Below are positions 38,101 through 48,370 of a stretch of 64,000 nucleotides of DNA, in pieces. Position 1 is the first letter of the stretch, and each line of letters begins with the position of its first letter. This DNA is from Lytechinus pictus. Taxonomy: Eukaryota. The position numbers and the translations under genes were made by a program. The notes under the pieces were generated by a model. The model saw nothing but the letters and a program-made list of their open reading frames with translations, did no database searches and was not told the DNA's origin. The stretch covers positions 3,410,001 to 3,474,000 of the forward strand of contig NC_087249.1 in NCBI RefSeq assembly GCF_037042905.1. Direction: 5' to 3'.

Positions 38101-38997
38101 TTCATGAAACTTGGATATAATAGTAATCAAGTATCACTGAACCTCCTGTGCGAGTTTCAGGTCACATGATCAAGGTCAAAGGTCATTTAAAGTCAATGAA
38201 CTTTGGCCAAGTTGGGGGTATTTGTTGAATTACCATCATAACTTTGAATGTTTATTGGTCTAGTTCATAAAACTTGGACATAAGAGTAATCAAGTATCAC
38301 TGAACATCCTGTGCGAATTTCAGGTCACATGACCAATGTCAAAGGTCAATGAACTTTGGCCATAATGGGGATATCTGTTGAATTACCATCATAACTCTGT
38401 AAGTACATTGGTCTAGTTCATAAAACTTGACATAAGAGTCATCAAGTATCACTGAATATCTCATGCGAGTTTCAGGTCACATGACGAAAGTCAAAGGTCA
38501 TTTAAGGTCATTTAACTTTGGCCATTATAGAGGTAATTATTAGATTGCTGTCATAACTTTCAAAGTTAATATAGATATAGTGTATAAAATGTGGATATAG
38601 GGGTAATCAAGTATCACTGACAAGTTTTAGGTCACATGATCAAGGTCAAATATCAATGAACGTAGTATTGTATCATTATATGAATGGTGTTTTTTGTGAA
38701 TAATTATGTTATAGTAGTTTTCAAAGTCAGCACTGCTGCTATATTGAATCGTGTGATGCAGGTGAGATTGCCAGAGGCATTCCTCTTGTTTTTCAGAAAA
38801 ATTTGATGAATGGACATTGCATTATTTCAACCACTCTGTAATTCTGCCTTCACCTGAACAAAGATTCCTGTTTATCTTTATATTTTTATCTGTAGGTGAG
38901 TGAAGATGATGATGACCTAGAGGAACCAGATACTTTTCAGACCGTTGGAGTTGGATATCGAGGTCAGGATAGGAATGGTGTGATAGACCATCTCTAA
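2133..38997 (+). CDS. PCSK5: Proprotein convertase PC5B/furin-2-like gene, 3' part (Cys-rich furin-like repeats, TM helix, cytoplasmic tail); 18 exons, ~1195 aa in window; catalytic domain lies upstream of the window
   Basis: Hand-spliced exons with AG/GT boundaries and consistent phases: 2133(or 2147)-2460, 3380-3489, 4244-4340, 18486-18637, 21014-21262, 22265-22606, 23332-23520, 24289-24525, 25371-25572, 28207-28304, 28961-29227, 30621-30866, 31549-31744, 32166-32377, 33205-33311, 34351-34531, 35905-36176, 38896-38997 (TAA). They encode repeated CxxCHxxCxxCxGxxxxxCxxC...CxxxCPxGxY furin-like units, then TM IGTIVFSVMLVIVLFFLVFGLLQ, YxxPhi motifs (YAKV, YVTL) and acidic clusters (DDDYYEDEED, SEDDDDLEE). 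No subtilisin domain is visible, so the symbol is inferred from architecture. Confidence 0.8.
2781..2920 (-). mobile_element. SINE/LINE 3' tail fragment
   Basis: - strand CCGGGGTAATGATATGCTGTAACGCGCTTTGAGCC...AAAGCGCTTTATAAAAATTGGCTATTATTA; resembles the tail of the SINE at 4477. Confidence 0.5.
4477..4743 (+). mobile_element. tRNA-derived SINE (degenerate)
   Basis: A-box-like TAGTCTGTTGG, B-box-like GAGTTCAAATGC, core TGCACTCAACTGAGGTGAGG...GGGGTAATA, TTA tail. A homologous copy lies at ~16525-16762 on the - strand. Confidence 0.65.
5369..6444 (-). repeat. 3' LTR of the BEL/Pao element
   Basis: Direct repeat of 14088-15163; AATAAA on - strand at 5449-5454. Confidence 0.97.
6939..12665 (-). 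CDS. BEL/Pao gag-pol polyprotein (Gag, 3 Zn knuckles, aspartic protease, RT, RNase H, integrase), ~1908 aa from the first ATG
   Basis: Uninterrupted ORF. Gag core FSGDPLEF..F; knuckles CCLCSETGHKSEDC, CFGCLQKGHFSKAC, CSTCGKRHPTALH; protease LLDTQSDSSF; RT RIVFDCS...YVDD; RNase H HHFSDAS...TIPRLEL...WTDS; integrase HHCC plus DCFGP/CDQGSNF/WERQI. Domain order PR-RT-RH-IN is typical of BEL/Pao. Confidence 0.97.
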   Translation of the reverse strand: MADSRKSSRERQPTEKMAALQASEESKTERKFFKMYGSLKATVKAARTIIKTETEEGPIKQQISILEAGERELMETYEILRRHKVPIREATTRMDRANAMVRDSLNALEEVLGSLEGPFDAEDRKQIAKEFLKQEYASSVFSSILSEMDQGVETSQLRGATPVIDIDSNPGQPVESRNTPSLLPQDKMYPGVGVNQPPEGIQGQSAEFPAKTSSPSFQDEMGPEFRVGQLHDSLPDSHVEPRDKTPLQPPQTTSVDVQGLCKALADNMYHTRLPMPVPRTFSGDPLEFVEFDKGFKTLIENRGIPPTEMLYYLKQYLTGPAREAVEGFFFGDSKEAYDGAWRCLRQRYGHPFNIQQAFRKKLSAWPKIASKDAIGLQKFADYLKSCDDAMPYVTGLQVLNDCYENQKMIAKLPDWLISSWNRVVSNELEGGSYPSFSKFVKFVAKEARIANNPISSLGALKSEDSQRESSPKTFKIKREARNKGSALAVNTKESAKGKNIPNQVKKAPKPCCLCSETGHKSEDCDKFLAKPLSERRKFVQENHVCFGCLQKGHFSKACKQRLKCSTCGKRHPTALHEENPTIREDNAHKSEGASKDRATSCQVRSGKQASTSMIVPVWVAAEQAPSSEILTYALLDTQSDSSFILDEVAQALNAKQQPIRLKLSTMTSSSNIDCSVTSSILVRGMMSPSQLKIGKCYTRDFIPTDREHIPSRSTAEKWTHLQDVAREMPALQRCEVGLLIGYNCPRALTPRQVVTGSDVEPFAVRTDLGWSIVGFAEEENAMDFSSQCGRVSTREIPFPKPKEIIGLLEADFAEDKSPDKACSQNDLQFLKHLETNIVQCEDGHLQMPLPFKTRPNLPSNKRLATVRFEHLHRKLKKDEAYRDNYTSFMTDIINGGFAEQVETKAPPGETNYIPHHGVYHPMKKKMRIVFDCSAKYGGTCLNDHLLKGPDMINSLVGVLCRFRKHNVAVLCDVEKMFFQFRVAEDDRDLLRFLWFQDNDINKEPVDYRMNVHLFGAASSPGCANYGLKYLARHCSNEFPLASRFVERSFYVDDGLVSVSSEEEAIQLANEARQLCSKGGLRLHKFVSNSKAVLESLPKSERASDVTDSNLDFEDQVERALGIVWNVATDAFCFRISLKEKPMTRRGILSIVASLYDPLGFVAPVVLDGKRILQEMCRSGLGWDDPVSENLQSRWEQWCKEIPQLEELRIPRCYHPAEFGDPVTVQLHHFSDASKSGYGQCSYLRLVNQKGEVHCCLIFGKSRVAPTKVVTIPRLELTAAVVSAKVHSMLKEELEYHDAEDFFWTDSQVVLGYIHNDARRFHTFVANRVQLIRDRTSPDQWHYVSTDQNPADHASRGLSVSQLGSTNWFQGPSFLWEKDFAVGSISPTLAVGDPEVRATNLSTTTHSEPLNLLSRLTRISSWKMMIKVLARLRMVVKGARQGSLVRERKDAELFVLRLVQQEAYPEEIKALTSDKTVKTTSTIHDLDPIILDGITRVKGRLGELSTEVAHPVILPKRSPITRAIIRHFHEDIKHQGRGMTQNHLRANGFWIVNGSKVVAEVLRKCVSCRRLRRPQEEQKMANLPRDRVEPSAPFTNVGMDCFGPFFVRRGRSDIKRYGLIFTCLCSRGIHIEMLDDMTTDAFINALRCFIAIRGAVRQIRCDQGSNFVGARNELQSALREMTSDQVNTYLADQQCEFVFNAPHSSHAGGVWERQIRTVRSVLRATIDLCPGRLTDSALRTLFYEAMAIVNSRPLTVTNMNDPSADAPLTPNHLLTLKRTVPLPPPGQFVKEDVYTRKAWRRVQFLLEQFWSRWRKEYLLGLQRRQKWTMPRRNLQVGDIVLLTDDEAPRMKWPIAMVAEATPDEDGLVRRVQVRVGTKDLDNKGRPNKKLAEYWRPVQKLVLLLEKVPP
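14088..15163 (-). repeat. 5' LTR of the BEL/Pao element
   Basis: Direct repeat of 5369-6444; no differences seen by eye. Confidence 0.97.
15329..15888. mobile_element. Non-autonomous TTAA-targeting DNA transposon (Kolobok-type MITE), family B
   Basis: TTAA at 15325-15328 and 15889-15892; imperfect TIR AGGGATCGTTTAACTTTG / CAAAGTGAAATGATTACT. Left end similar to 37433-37813. Confidence 0.65.
16102..16371. mobile_element. Harbinger-like MITE
   Basis: Inverted ends GTCTTACAAAGAGTTACGATTGATCC / GGATCAATGGTAACTCTTTGTAAGAC. Confidence 0.6.
16525..16762 (-). mobile_element. tRNA-derived SINE (degenerate), same family as 4477-4743
   Basis: - strand GAGGGACATGGGTTCAAAC...ATCCACATTGTGCTGCACTCAACCCATGTAAGG...GGCAGGAATTAAT. 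Confidence 0.6.
16846..18272 (-). mobile_element. Solo LTR (1427 bp), probably Ty3/Gypsy-type
   Basis: Termini TGTAACA...TGTTACA (7-bp inverted repeat); 4-bp TSD GAAG (16842-16845, 18273-18276). On the - strand a CATAAAAA box near 17983 and ATTAAA at 16909-16914. Confidence 0.75.
18822..19809 (+). mobile_element. Helentron/HINE (DINE-1/pearl-like) non-autonomous element with ~150-165-bp internal tandem repeats
   Basis: Starts TTTTTGTCTCTCCTGCAT and ends ATGCAGGCGAGACCGCCAGAGGCGTTCCACTTGTT (subterminal IR plus short 3' hairpin, T-rich flanks). About 5 internal units CATAACTT...GAAACTTGGACATAAG...AGGTCACATGACCAAGGTCAAAGGTCA. Second copy at 36532-38790. Confidence 0.7.
20043..20637. mobile_element. 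Non-autonomous TTAA-targeting DNA transposon (Kolobok-type MITE), family A
   Basis: TTAA TSD (20039-20042, 20638-20641); TIR AGGTCAAGTCCACCCCA / TGGAGTGGACTTGTCCT. Homologous copies at 36622-37177 and 53341-55439. Confidence 0.85.
28590..28865 (+). repeat. Purine-rich (GA/GGA) low-complexity tract
   Basis: Nearly all A/G on the + strand. Confidence 0.7.
29531..30168. mobile_element. Non-autonomous TTAA-targeting DNA transposon (Kolobok-type MITE)
   Basis: TTAA at 29527-29530 and 30169-30172; ends AGGGGAATCCAACC / GGCTGGATTACCC; subterminal GAAAAATCA...GAAAGTTTGAACAA motif mirrored at the other end. Confidence 0.7.
35165..35832 (+). repeat. Degenerate (CAT/CAC)n trinucleotide microsatellite
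   Basis: ~670 bp of ATC/CAT/CAC triplets just upstream of the TM exon acceptor (35904). Confidence 0.9.
36622..37177. mobile_element. Kolobok-type MITE family A nested in the HINE
   Basis: TTAA TSD 36618-36621 / 37178-37181; removing it restores AAGGTTAAGTTTTTGAAATG, as seen intact at ~37360. Confidence 0.85.
37433..37813. mobile_element. Kolobok-type MITE family B nested in the HINE
   Basis: TTAA TSD 37429-37432 / 37814-37817; removing it restores CATAAGGTTAATCAAGTATTACTGAAC of the tandem unit. Confidence 0.8.
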
Positions 38998-41900
38998 ATG
39001 GCTTGGATGTACTTTGTGCCTCATGGAACTTAAGAGCTGAATGTAGTATTATGAAATTAACCATTCCAACTGCTTCATAGAAATATTACCCCTAATTGGT
39101 AGATCTGTTCCATGGTACAAGAGCTGTTCCTGTGATGTCTTTGATGATGACACCTTCAAACATTTAGCAGTACATCAACTATACAGTGATTCACAGGGTT
39201 ATTTCCTCTCTATATCTATATTAATGGATAGCAGATCTTACCCTGTTCTTACAAGTCGTCCGACAACTGTTCATCCATTGACCTGCATTCTGTAATTCCT
39301 GCAGGATCTGTACAGGGATCACCCTGTTCTAGTAGGCAACAGGTTGAAGAATTGGACAAATTGATAAAGATTTGCCACTGACTAGTGAATCAATCATCTA
39401 TGCTGTGTCTTAAAGTCCCTGGTAGTGTTTCAGAGGTTATCAATAATCTCTGCTGAAATATGTGTTGCCTCTTTTGCAGTATTTATACCATGCATCTCTT
39501 ACTCTGTAAGCAAAAGGGATCTTTGCTTTGGGGCTGTTGGAAATGTTTATTTTGATACACAGACGTTCAGTCGATAAAGGTGCCTTATGTTGTATAGAAC
39601 AGCAAGATTTTTATGTAAGATATTAATTTTAATTGCTATATTTATCTGTATCTCTTGTTCAAGTATATGTGATTAATCATTGTGCAGTATAGGCAGGTTT
39701 CATATACTTTTTTGCCTTGTTGGTTAATATTTTTCATTTCCCAAGCTATGTCATCACATCTTTGTAAGGTGTCAGTTGGAGGACTGGAGAAATGAATATT
39801 CTATAACAGGGGATGTTTAAAAAAAGAGTTCAGTCTGAATGAATGTCATGCTCAAGTGTCAACACATACAGGATATGTAACACATAATCTCAGAAATTAA
39901 TAATACCCTTGTCCCATCAGTATGACCTGACTAATGTTCTGATGCATTAGTTACGGCATGCAACAAGGCATTTGATCAGTTGTGAGTTTTTGTCAGTCTT
40001 ATATCTTTGTGTGAAATATCCCTAATCAAAATATGATAACATTGTGTAGTATTATCATAGGATGGATTAATTCAACCCCAGGGTAAGTATGTCCTCTGTT
40101 TTTATGAAGTGCCCGTTGTCAACCCTCTCTCTTGTAAAAATACACATGGTAATTGTAAAATCATCTCAACATTCCCTGTAAAGAAGAGAGTGTTGTAGAT
40201 GAGTTTAATGTGTGGAGTTGAACATGATAATATATATGCTTCTTGAATCAGCACTTATTCATGGAGACTCAATGTCTCGTGAAATTTATGTCTTTGTTTG
40301 TCTTCTCCATAGTTTTGGGAAAGGACTTCATTCTCAATTGGAAGAAAAGAGCAAAATCAAGGATAATAAAAGGATAAAAAAGAGGTTAAATCTGCATTAT
40401 CTAGAATTAGTTAAAGAATTAAATGTAAGGTGTATGATATCATGCACCAACCGGTCAGGGTTGCCAATGTCAGCTTGGTTCGTATCATTTCTGATGAATT
40501 TTCCTTAGATACATTGAAATAAATAGAAGAAGAAGAAAAAAGAATGGCTTAATGATTTGAATGAATACTTAAATGATGTTGAAATGTTGAAAGATCTGTA
40601 GTATGTCAGTATAATGGTTGTATTCATATTTTATGAAGGTTCATTAAATGTATATTTTGTATTCTAACTCTATATTGACAAGTTTTGAGATGTGGGTTTA
40701 TGAAGAATCCCATTTTTCTCTCATGTGATTTTTCTTTTCTTTTTGTAATTTGATATTGATTTCTTTGTGCTTTGTGTTGAGAATGAATTATAGATGCATA
40801 TAAGTTTGGATTAATAATTAACAGTACTTGGGTGTTTCCTTCTCTATTTGCATTTTGATTTAGAATCATGCTTAGGAAATAACTACTTACTAAATAATCA
40901 ATGTGTTTCAATATGAAGCTTCATCAATCATGTATAACTCAATATAATTTACTCTACTTTTTAGTCCATTTAGCTAATTAACCATGTGCCTCAAGATATG
41001 TTGTTACACTGCTAGAAACTGTAGCAATATGCCGTTTTAAAGTTATGTAAAATGCGACATTTAAAATTCATGTAGAATATTCATCAGGCCCCGGTTACAC
41101 CAAGGCTTACAACGAATTGCAAATATGAAACAAAATATTTCTGATGTGGTGCTTTATTGATTGACCATTGCTATTCAGCAATTAATTGCAAATCTTAGAA
41201 TTATGAGGCAATGATTATATCTTAGTTTGCCCATGAGAAATCTATAGAATGGTAGAGATAATGTATTCATGAAGACTTTAGGCTAATCTACTGTTCCAAC
41301 AAGGAATTTCTTTTTAATTTTAGGTTTTCCTTCTCATCTTTCCGCTGAAATTATCATTGTGCCACCTGTTCAAGTACTTCATTTGTATTCAGATTGTAGA
41401 AGTATTCATTTTTTAAATTCATTCCATCCTAATGTACAGCTTTGATTATCTGTATGTATCAAAACGCCATCTACCGTCAATCAAATGTTTGTGATATGTT
41501 TTGAATAAGGGGGATGCATTATGTATTCCATCCTAATTTTCATCACAAACTGACTTTGTATTTGATACAAATATACAATATATCCACAGTATCAGGTGGC
41601 TCATGGCCAAATGTGAATTGAACAACTTAACGGCTTCCATACTTTTTATATTTTATTTTAAAAATTATTTATTACTTAATAAGGTTTGAAATCCAATCCG
41701 TCAGAGTAGTTTTGTGATGGAACTTCCAAACTTAAAGGCCTAGTCCATCTGAACATAAAGTTGATGTGCTTAAATAGAGAGAAATGAGGCATACACTGAA
41801 TATTTAATCATTTTGGGTAAGAATAAGAATGTTACAGTACTTTTTTGTGTAAAATGGGTGGTAAGCAAATACACAAGCTGATAATCTTAACATTCACTAA

Positions 41901-44230
41901 TCTGTATTACATGTATTTAAAATATAAAATTATACATTTTTTTAAAGGTTTGATGAAAGAGAAGCTTTCTATTAGAAAGGGTGTCAATTGTAATAAATTC
42001 AAGTTTAATGAGGAGCATGGTGTATCTTTGATCCATCAGTCTAGGGTTTGAGTGGGCAGGGATTTCGAGGGCATGTTTTAAATCCCACTGCTGCCACCAA
42101 TAAATGACAAGATGTCATTCAAGGAATACTTTATACTCTTTCTTGATTGAATACAGCCACAGCAGGAAGGGGTAGCTCCCACAGTGCATCAACAATGCTG
42201 GTAACAACAATAGTTACTTTGAAAGCCAAAGTGACACAAGGTGGTGCTGTCACATAAATAATGTAACCAAGATATAATGGAAGTTTAATTTGTTTTTATT
42301 TATTCAAATCAACATGATTCAAATAGACTTGGCCTTTAAAGACTGTTTTTGAAAATTAGTCAACAAGTACTTGTTTCCACCAAAGATTTGTGGTTTAGTA
42401 ACATTCCGAGCCAGATTTTGATATGTAAATTTATGAACAGCTTTTGATTGTTAAATTATTAGAATTCCAGAGCTCTTTCACTAATCATGTACTTATTGCT
42501 AGATGTAATTTGTTGTGTACTTTTTAATAATAGACAGGTTTACATTTGAGATGCAGACACTTTGATGTGGAATCAATATCAAACTTTTCTTGTAGGCTAG
42601 AGTCACATCTTGGCACATTTGACTTCTGTTATGTTCAAACACACATACATGTGGGCATACCCAACAAAGCACCTTAACCTGATATCTAACTTGTAAGTTG
42701 GAGTCTTATATCCTGACACCTTAGTGTCTGGAGGGAACAATTGATTCTCATTGAATTACACCAATCATTTAATTGTTTATGCCTTGATATATCATCAAAT
42801 CAAAGCGATTTGTTAATATCTTTAAATTTCTGTTTAATCTTTCTGCACATACATTGTATAGGTATGCCAAAGCGTTACTGTCAGTGTCTGCACAGGTTAA
42901 TCACTCTTCACAAAGTGCAAAGTAAAAATTGCCTTTGTTTTGTGTACAATTTACTATATGCAGCAGTCGGCACAAAGGTGTGAGCCTAGTATTAGCCTGT
43001 GTTGTGATGCAAAGTTGCTTTAAATTTCATGAAAACACAATTTAATGTTATAGCCCTCTTGATTCATGTGCAAGGAGGGAATCAATACATATTGGCGTAT
43101 TCATTGTTTCAATCTCAGTACACTCCCTATGTTGTGTGATATAAAGGTATCATAACTACGGTCAATGAGGGGTTCAGAATTGTGAGCATGATGAATTGAC
43201 TCAGAACAATTGTGAGAAATTAGGGAGTGCAAGTGAGAAGGGGAGTAAATGTCTCGCATTGGCCAAATAAACATGACATAGTAATTGTATCACAAATTTA
43301 AAGCCACTTAATAATTGCATGTAGGCATGAAATAATGATTCGCCATCTAGTGATTTTGTTACCTTATTTGTAGCTTATTGCTTGTATTATGTTTTAATGT
43401 GATTGCTGTAAATTTTTGCAGTGTAACTCTTTTCTTTCAAATGCTGGTAAAAGGACCAAATTTATTTTATTTCTGTTTCTTTTTTTTCTGTCACAAAATT
43501 GTACGTATGTAATGATGACGATATGATTATTTGAAGATATAGTAAGAACCATGTTGATAATTAGCAGCAAATTTTCATCCAGATCAATATTTGTTTAAGA
43601 TTGGCAATGAAAATGCACTGTCTTTATTACTTGAATATGTGATTAATTACTTCTTTTTGCAACTAAAAATATTTAATAAAAAGGTGGACTGGCTTTATTA
43701 ATTTTTCATCCTCACCTATAATTTTATGTACTTTGATTCAGACTACAGAAATATTGAACTTAATTTTGTTGGATACATTTGATATTTTATAGATACATTT
43801 GATAGATTAAAAGCACAAGATATGATCAGCAAAAAAATAAATAATACATTTGTTTCAATAAAAAAAATACTTGTTAGTAGTAAATTTATTCCTGTGTACT
43901 ACTGTACCATGCAAATTATTTATGATCCCCATACAATTAGGAAATGTTGAGTTTAGCAGTTGTATTTTTCATTTCAATAATTACTTTAAAGTTACTGTAT
44001 GAATGCATTAGTATTTGTTCCTGTTATTTCTATTGTGTATTTATGTGTATATGTTAGGGTTCAACAAATGATCTGTGCCTCATGAAAACCGTGCCTTAGT
44101 CAAAATCCAATTAAAGCTGTTATTTTAGTACTTTTCTACTGTATAAATATTTGTAGTAACCATTCTGATATATTGCGTATTCTCTGTGCTGTTTATAATT
44201 TCAAATGATAGATAATAAATGAGGTTTTAA
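38998..44230 (+). other. Probable long 3' UTR of the convertase gene
   Basis: Follows the stop at 38997. AT-rich, no coding exons, few young transposons compared with the introns; AATAAA near 43675, 43857, 43976 and 44214. End point uncertain. Confidence 0.45.
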
Positions 44231-46009
44231 AATATTAATTATTATTTTAAAAATGTGTAAATCATATTGCCATCTTCTTTGAGTATGTAAGAACATTTCT
44301 AAAGATCTTGTGGGAGGTTTGCAGATTGTTGAATAATTCAAGCTGTTAAAGTTTGAAAATAATCTTTACTAGTGTGATGTGTGGTGTAACCTTTATTTTG
44401 AGTGATGATTCACTAGGATCAGTAAGAGGTAAAGAGTAAAAAGTGTAGGGCTATATTATGAGATTGAATATTTCTCCAGTTCTGAAATTGCACCCCTTCT
44501 AAATTGTTTTTGAGGGTTGATGTTTTTTTCTGAAAACCCCCCCCCCCCAGCTTCTTTTGGGGGAGAAAAAGAAAATGAGATAGAGCAGAAAGAGGGGAAG
44601 AGAGAGGGAGAGAGGTGAGGAAGAATTGGGGGAGGGGGGGGGGTTAAAAAGGACATATCAAAATAATCTAAGAATAAGTCGCCAGGTCATTTCCCCTCCC
44701 CCAAGATCTAAATCCAAATAGGATTTTCATAATAGCAACTAATACCTCGATTATGAGTCGTGTCTTTTGTGGTTGGTCCCTTTATGCAGATTGAATAATG
44801 TACATACACTTGCACGCTGCACTTCACCGTGAGTACGACAATACACCAGACGGTGGACTGTACTGTTTCCAGAAGAAGAAGAAGATTGATATATTTTCAA
44901 GTGTTTATTCAACTGAAACGAACAGTTGGCCTAGAACCAACACCCCCCCCCCCAAAAAAAAAAAGAGTACTAATCAAAATAGGTAAATTAATCATCAACA
45001 GCACTATCGAAACTGCAATTAAATATCTTGAATTACAACGACTTCACAGTCCATGTTTTATATTAATTTAATAACATTGTAAACATGAATATTTTGAAAT
45101 AATAGAAAGTATGAAATCAGTTATTGGAAAGAAAATAGTCCTTTCCAAAAGTTTAGTCCTCCTTTTACTCTAACGCAGGACCGTCTCACACGCGGACCCC
45201 TCCGTATTATTTCATGATACCATACGCTTTGATGGAAATTTACTCAGGCGATGAAGGCACGACAATCATCAATAGCCATTCTAAATAACAAAATGGATTA
45301 AGACCGACTTAAAAAGAAATCTCTGTTATTACCGTCCGCATTCTCAATCTCATTTTCTGTTCTGATATTGTGTGTTAGCAACGGACGTGCATGTAGTTTT
45401 ATGCCATGCCCTCCTTTCTTAAAGCTTGCATCGAATCATCATGTACTGCATCAAATCACTGCATCGTCTATGTAGAAAGGAAACTGATACTCTATTTTTA
45501 ACTGAAGAATATGAGGCTACCCTAATTCTGAGAAAAATCTACCCTGGAAATAATTCATCCCGCAAAAGTTTATAAAGACGGATTGAAAGATGGATTCTAG
45601 TGCTTTGGCCTTCAGTGGATAGATGTGTAACTGAATTCAAATTGTCGTCATAGAGGTTTTCTGGACGTGGAAGAAGCTGGAAGTGAGCTTTATTCTGAAG
45701 GAGATGACTTGTACAGCAAGTGATAATATTTTTAAGGTGCATGTTTTGGGGAGCATGCATAAGGGTGCGATATTCACTGAGGAAGGAATTATTTTGTTAT
45801 GAAAATGTAAAAAAAATACAGATTAAAAAAAATAAAAATAACCACCACAAGCGCAATCCGATTCCGTTATTCCTTTTCGTCACCTCATCACGGATCAGCC
45901 TATCTGACCGTTGTCACGGGATATACCAAACTTAATATATTGTCGACCGTGAACCCGACGGTCAACATCTTCCATAGAATTTTCTGCAGCGAAGGACTCG
46001 TGGCTAATT

Positions 46010-48329
46010 ATGTTTACCAGTATTTTCAGTTTGAAGCCATGGTCATTGACCACGTCATCGCTGCTACTTAGTATTTTCGTACTTGTTGTTGTCCTCGTCA
46101 TCGCTAACGCTAATCGGCGGAGATCAGTGGCACCAACTGAGGATAGAGTCATGTGGTTACCAGGCCCTCGGGGAATCAGAACAACTATTAAAGATCTCTT
46201 AGGAATAAGAAGAAAAGGGTCCAGAAGTGAGTAAAACTTAATGATTATTCATTCGTTATACACTCGAATAAATAGATAGTAAACAAAGTGATTAAATAAG
46301 AAAATTCATGATTGTGCTACAGGAAAAACAATTAAAAAAAGAAGAGTTTTATTGGTTATTAATAATGATGGTGCTAAAAGCAAAAATAACTTTATCTGGT
46401 TGGTAAGTGATTTACTAAACTCGGCGGCTAAAAAGTTTCCCAATGTCTACCTGACCAGGGGCAGGGGTCCCGATCGGGTTTGGTATTTTTTAATCTTGCA
46501 TTTTTGCCTCTTTTCATCCCCAATGTTTGTTCGATTCATCGAGACGAATTACATGTATTCTCTCTCTACCTTTCAATAAAGACATGTATGAGAAGACAAA
46601 GACTTATGGGAAGATCTTTGGAATCGGAAGTGGTGAAGGCGCTTACGTCATAATAATGGATTACGCTCATCTTGAAGAGGCCTTTGTAACCAAAGCAGAC
46701 ATGTACTCTGATCGTGGAGGAATCATTCGTACAATGCTGGAATCCGTCCTTCCAGAAAGAGGTAAAGCGCACGATTAATAACGAATCCAGGATTTCTTTC
46801 GATTTGGAGATCTTTCAAAAGTTCCCTGGCACATACTCCAATGGGATCACCTTATCTGCACCATTCCGTTAATTAATTAAATCCGTTATTAATTAAATTT
46901 TAATTGATATACAAATACTGTATTGCCAGGGGCGGTGCCATCTTATTTTGATAGTGGATCGAGGGCAAGAATATAGGGGTATTGATTATTACAAACCTGC
47001 ATGACATATATTCCTCTTTTCTTAGTGTCTTCCTCTGCATGTTTCTTTCCCTTTTCTCTATATAATGTTTCCCTTATAAAAAAAAAACAGTGTCCAACGT
47101 ATAAAGCTGTATATTCGGCTGCCCGAAAGCCGCCGAATTGATTTGAAATATACCCTTCATTTCGGGTAGTCCTGATTGATTACAGGTTTTCCCTAGTAGG
47201 TATGCAACTCGAAAATGTAGGCAATAACTCACTGGTATCGATATATTTTGTCCTCAATCAACAGGCTCAATCTTCAACAACGGCACAGCATGGAATGAAT
47301 CTCGCGGATTTGTCGCCAAAACCCTCAAAAACCCAGATTTCGGCGCTACAACCATCTCCCGCTGTATCAGCGATTCACTACCAATGTTATGCTCCAAACT
47401 GGATGCATTGGTTGAGCATCCGCTCGATCCGAAGGGGATCTATCAATCATTCTTTATCGACGTGTTCCATCGCATTGCATTTGGTGTCGGCATCAGCTAT
47501 TTAGATGAAGACATCAAGAAGTTCATTGACGACTTGGACAACGTAGTTTGCCAAACACTCAATCCCAGTTCACTTTTACTCTTTCGTCCATCTCTCATCA
47601 ATAGCCGTCTCTTTAGAGGGTATCGGTCAAATGTATACAGTACCCTTATGGGGTGTTGCAAGAAACTCGCGATCAATTGCAAGTCTATATTTGGTCCCTA
47701 ATACCCCTTTCCAGAGGCGTCGATCCTGGGGGGGGGGGGGCAGGGGGGGGGGGCGATCGCCCCACCAATGAAAATATTGGGGGGGGGGGCAAACATATCG
47801 TTTTGCCCCCCCAATAATTCAGCATGTGCAAAAAATAAAATAAGATTGTAATGTTACACAGAATTCAGCTAGCGAGATTGAGATACACAACTCGTTCTTT
47901 ATTTACAATCGTGCTCAAAATGTCCGCTTTTCATATTGGAATATAAAAAATTTCAGCTCGCGCTTCGCGCTCGCATCATTTCTGTAGCAAAAACCCATAC
48001 TTTTCATGATTAATTAGGTGAATAGAATGTCCCGTTTTCAGTTCTAAACCTCAAAAGAACTCCTGCTTCGATTTGCAATATCTTTTGTTGGATTTATATC
48101 TTGTTCTGTATTAAATACGTCCATTAAAATCAATTTTTTTTCAGATCGAAATATCAAAATTTTAAGCTCGCATCTATTATTTTTAAAATACCCATCTTAA
48201 TCACTTGTACCAAAAATGCTTAGAGTATCAAGCTTTCAGGTCAGAATATAAATAAATTTCAGCGTGCGCTTCGCGCTCGCATTAATTTGTTGGTGAGATA
48301 TGTGTCTCTATCTCATGAGTCATATATAT

Positions 48330-48370
<41 letters not shown>

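Larger units (their letters stand above)
36532..38790 (+). mobile_element. Helentron/HINE-like element with internal tandem repeats, carrying two nested TTAA MITEs
   Basis: Same termini as 18822-19809 (TTTTTGTCTCACCTGCAT ... ATGCAGGTGAGATTGCCAGAGGCATTCCTCTTGTT); about 7 internal units. Confidence 0.75.
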
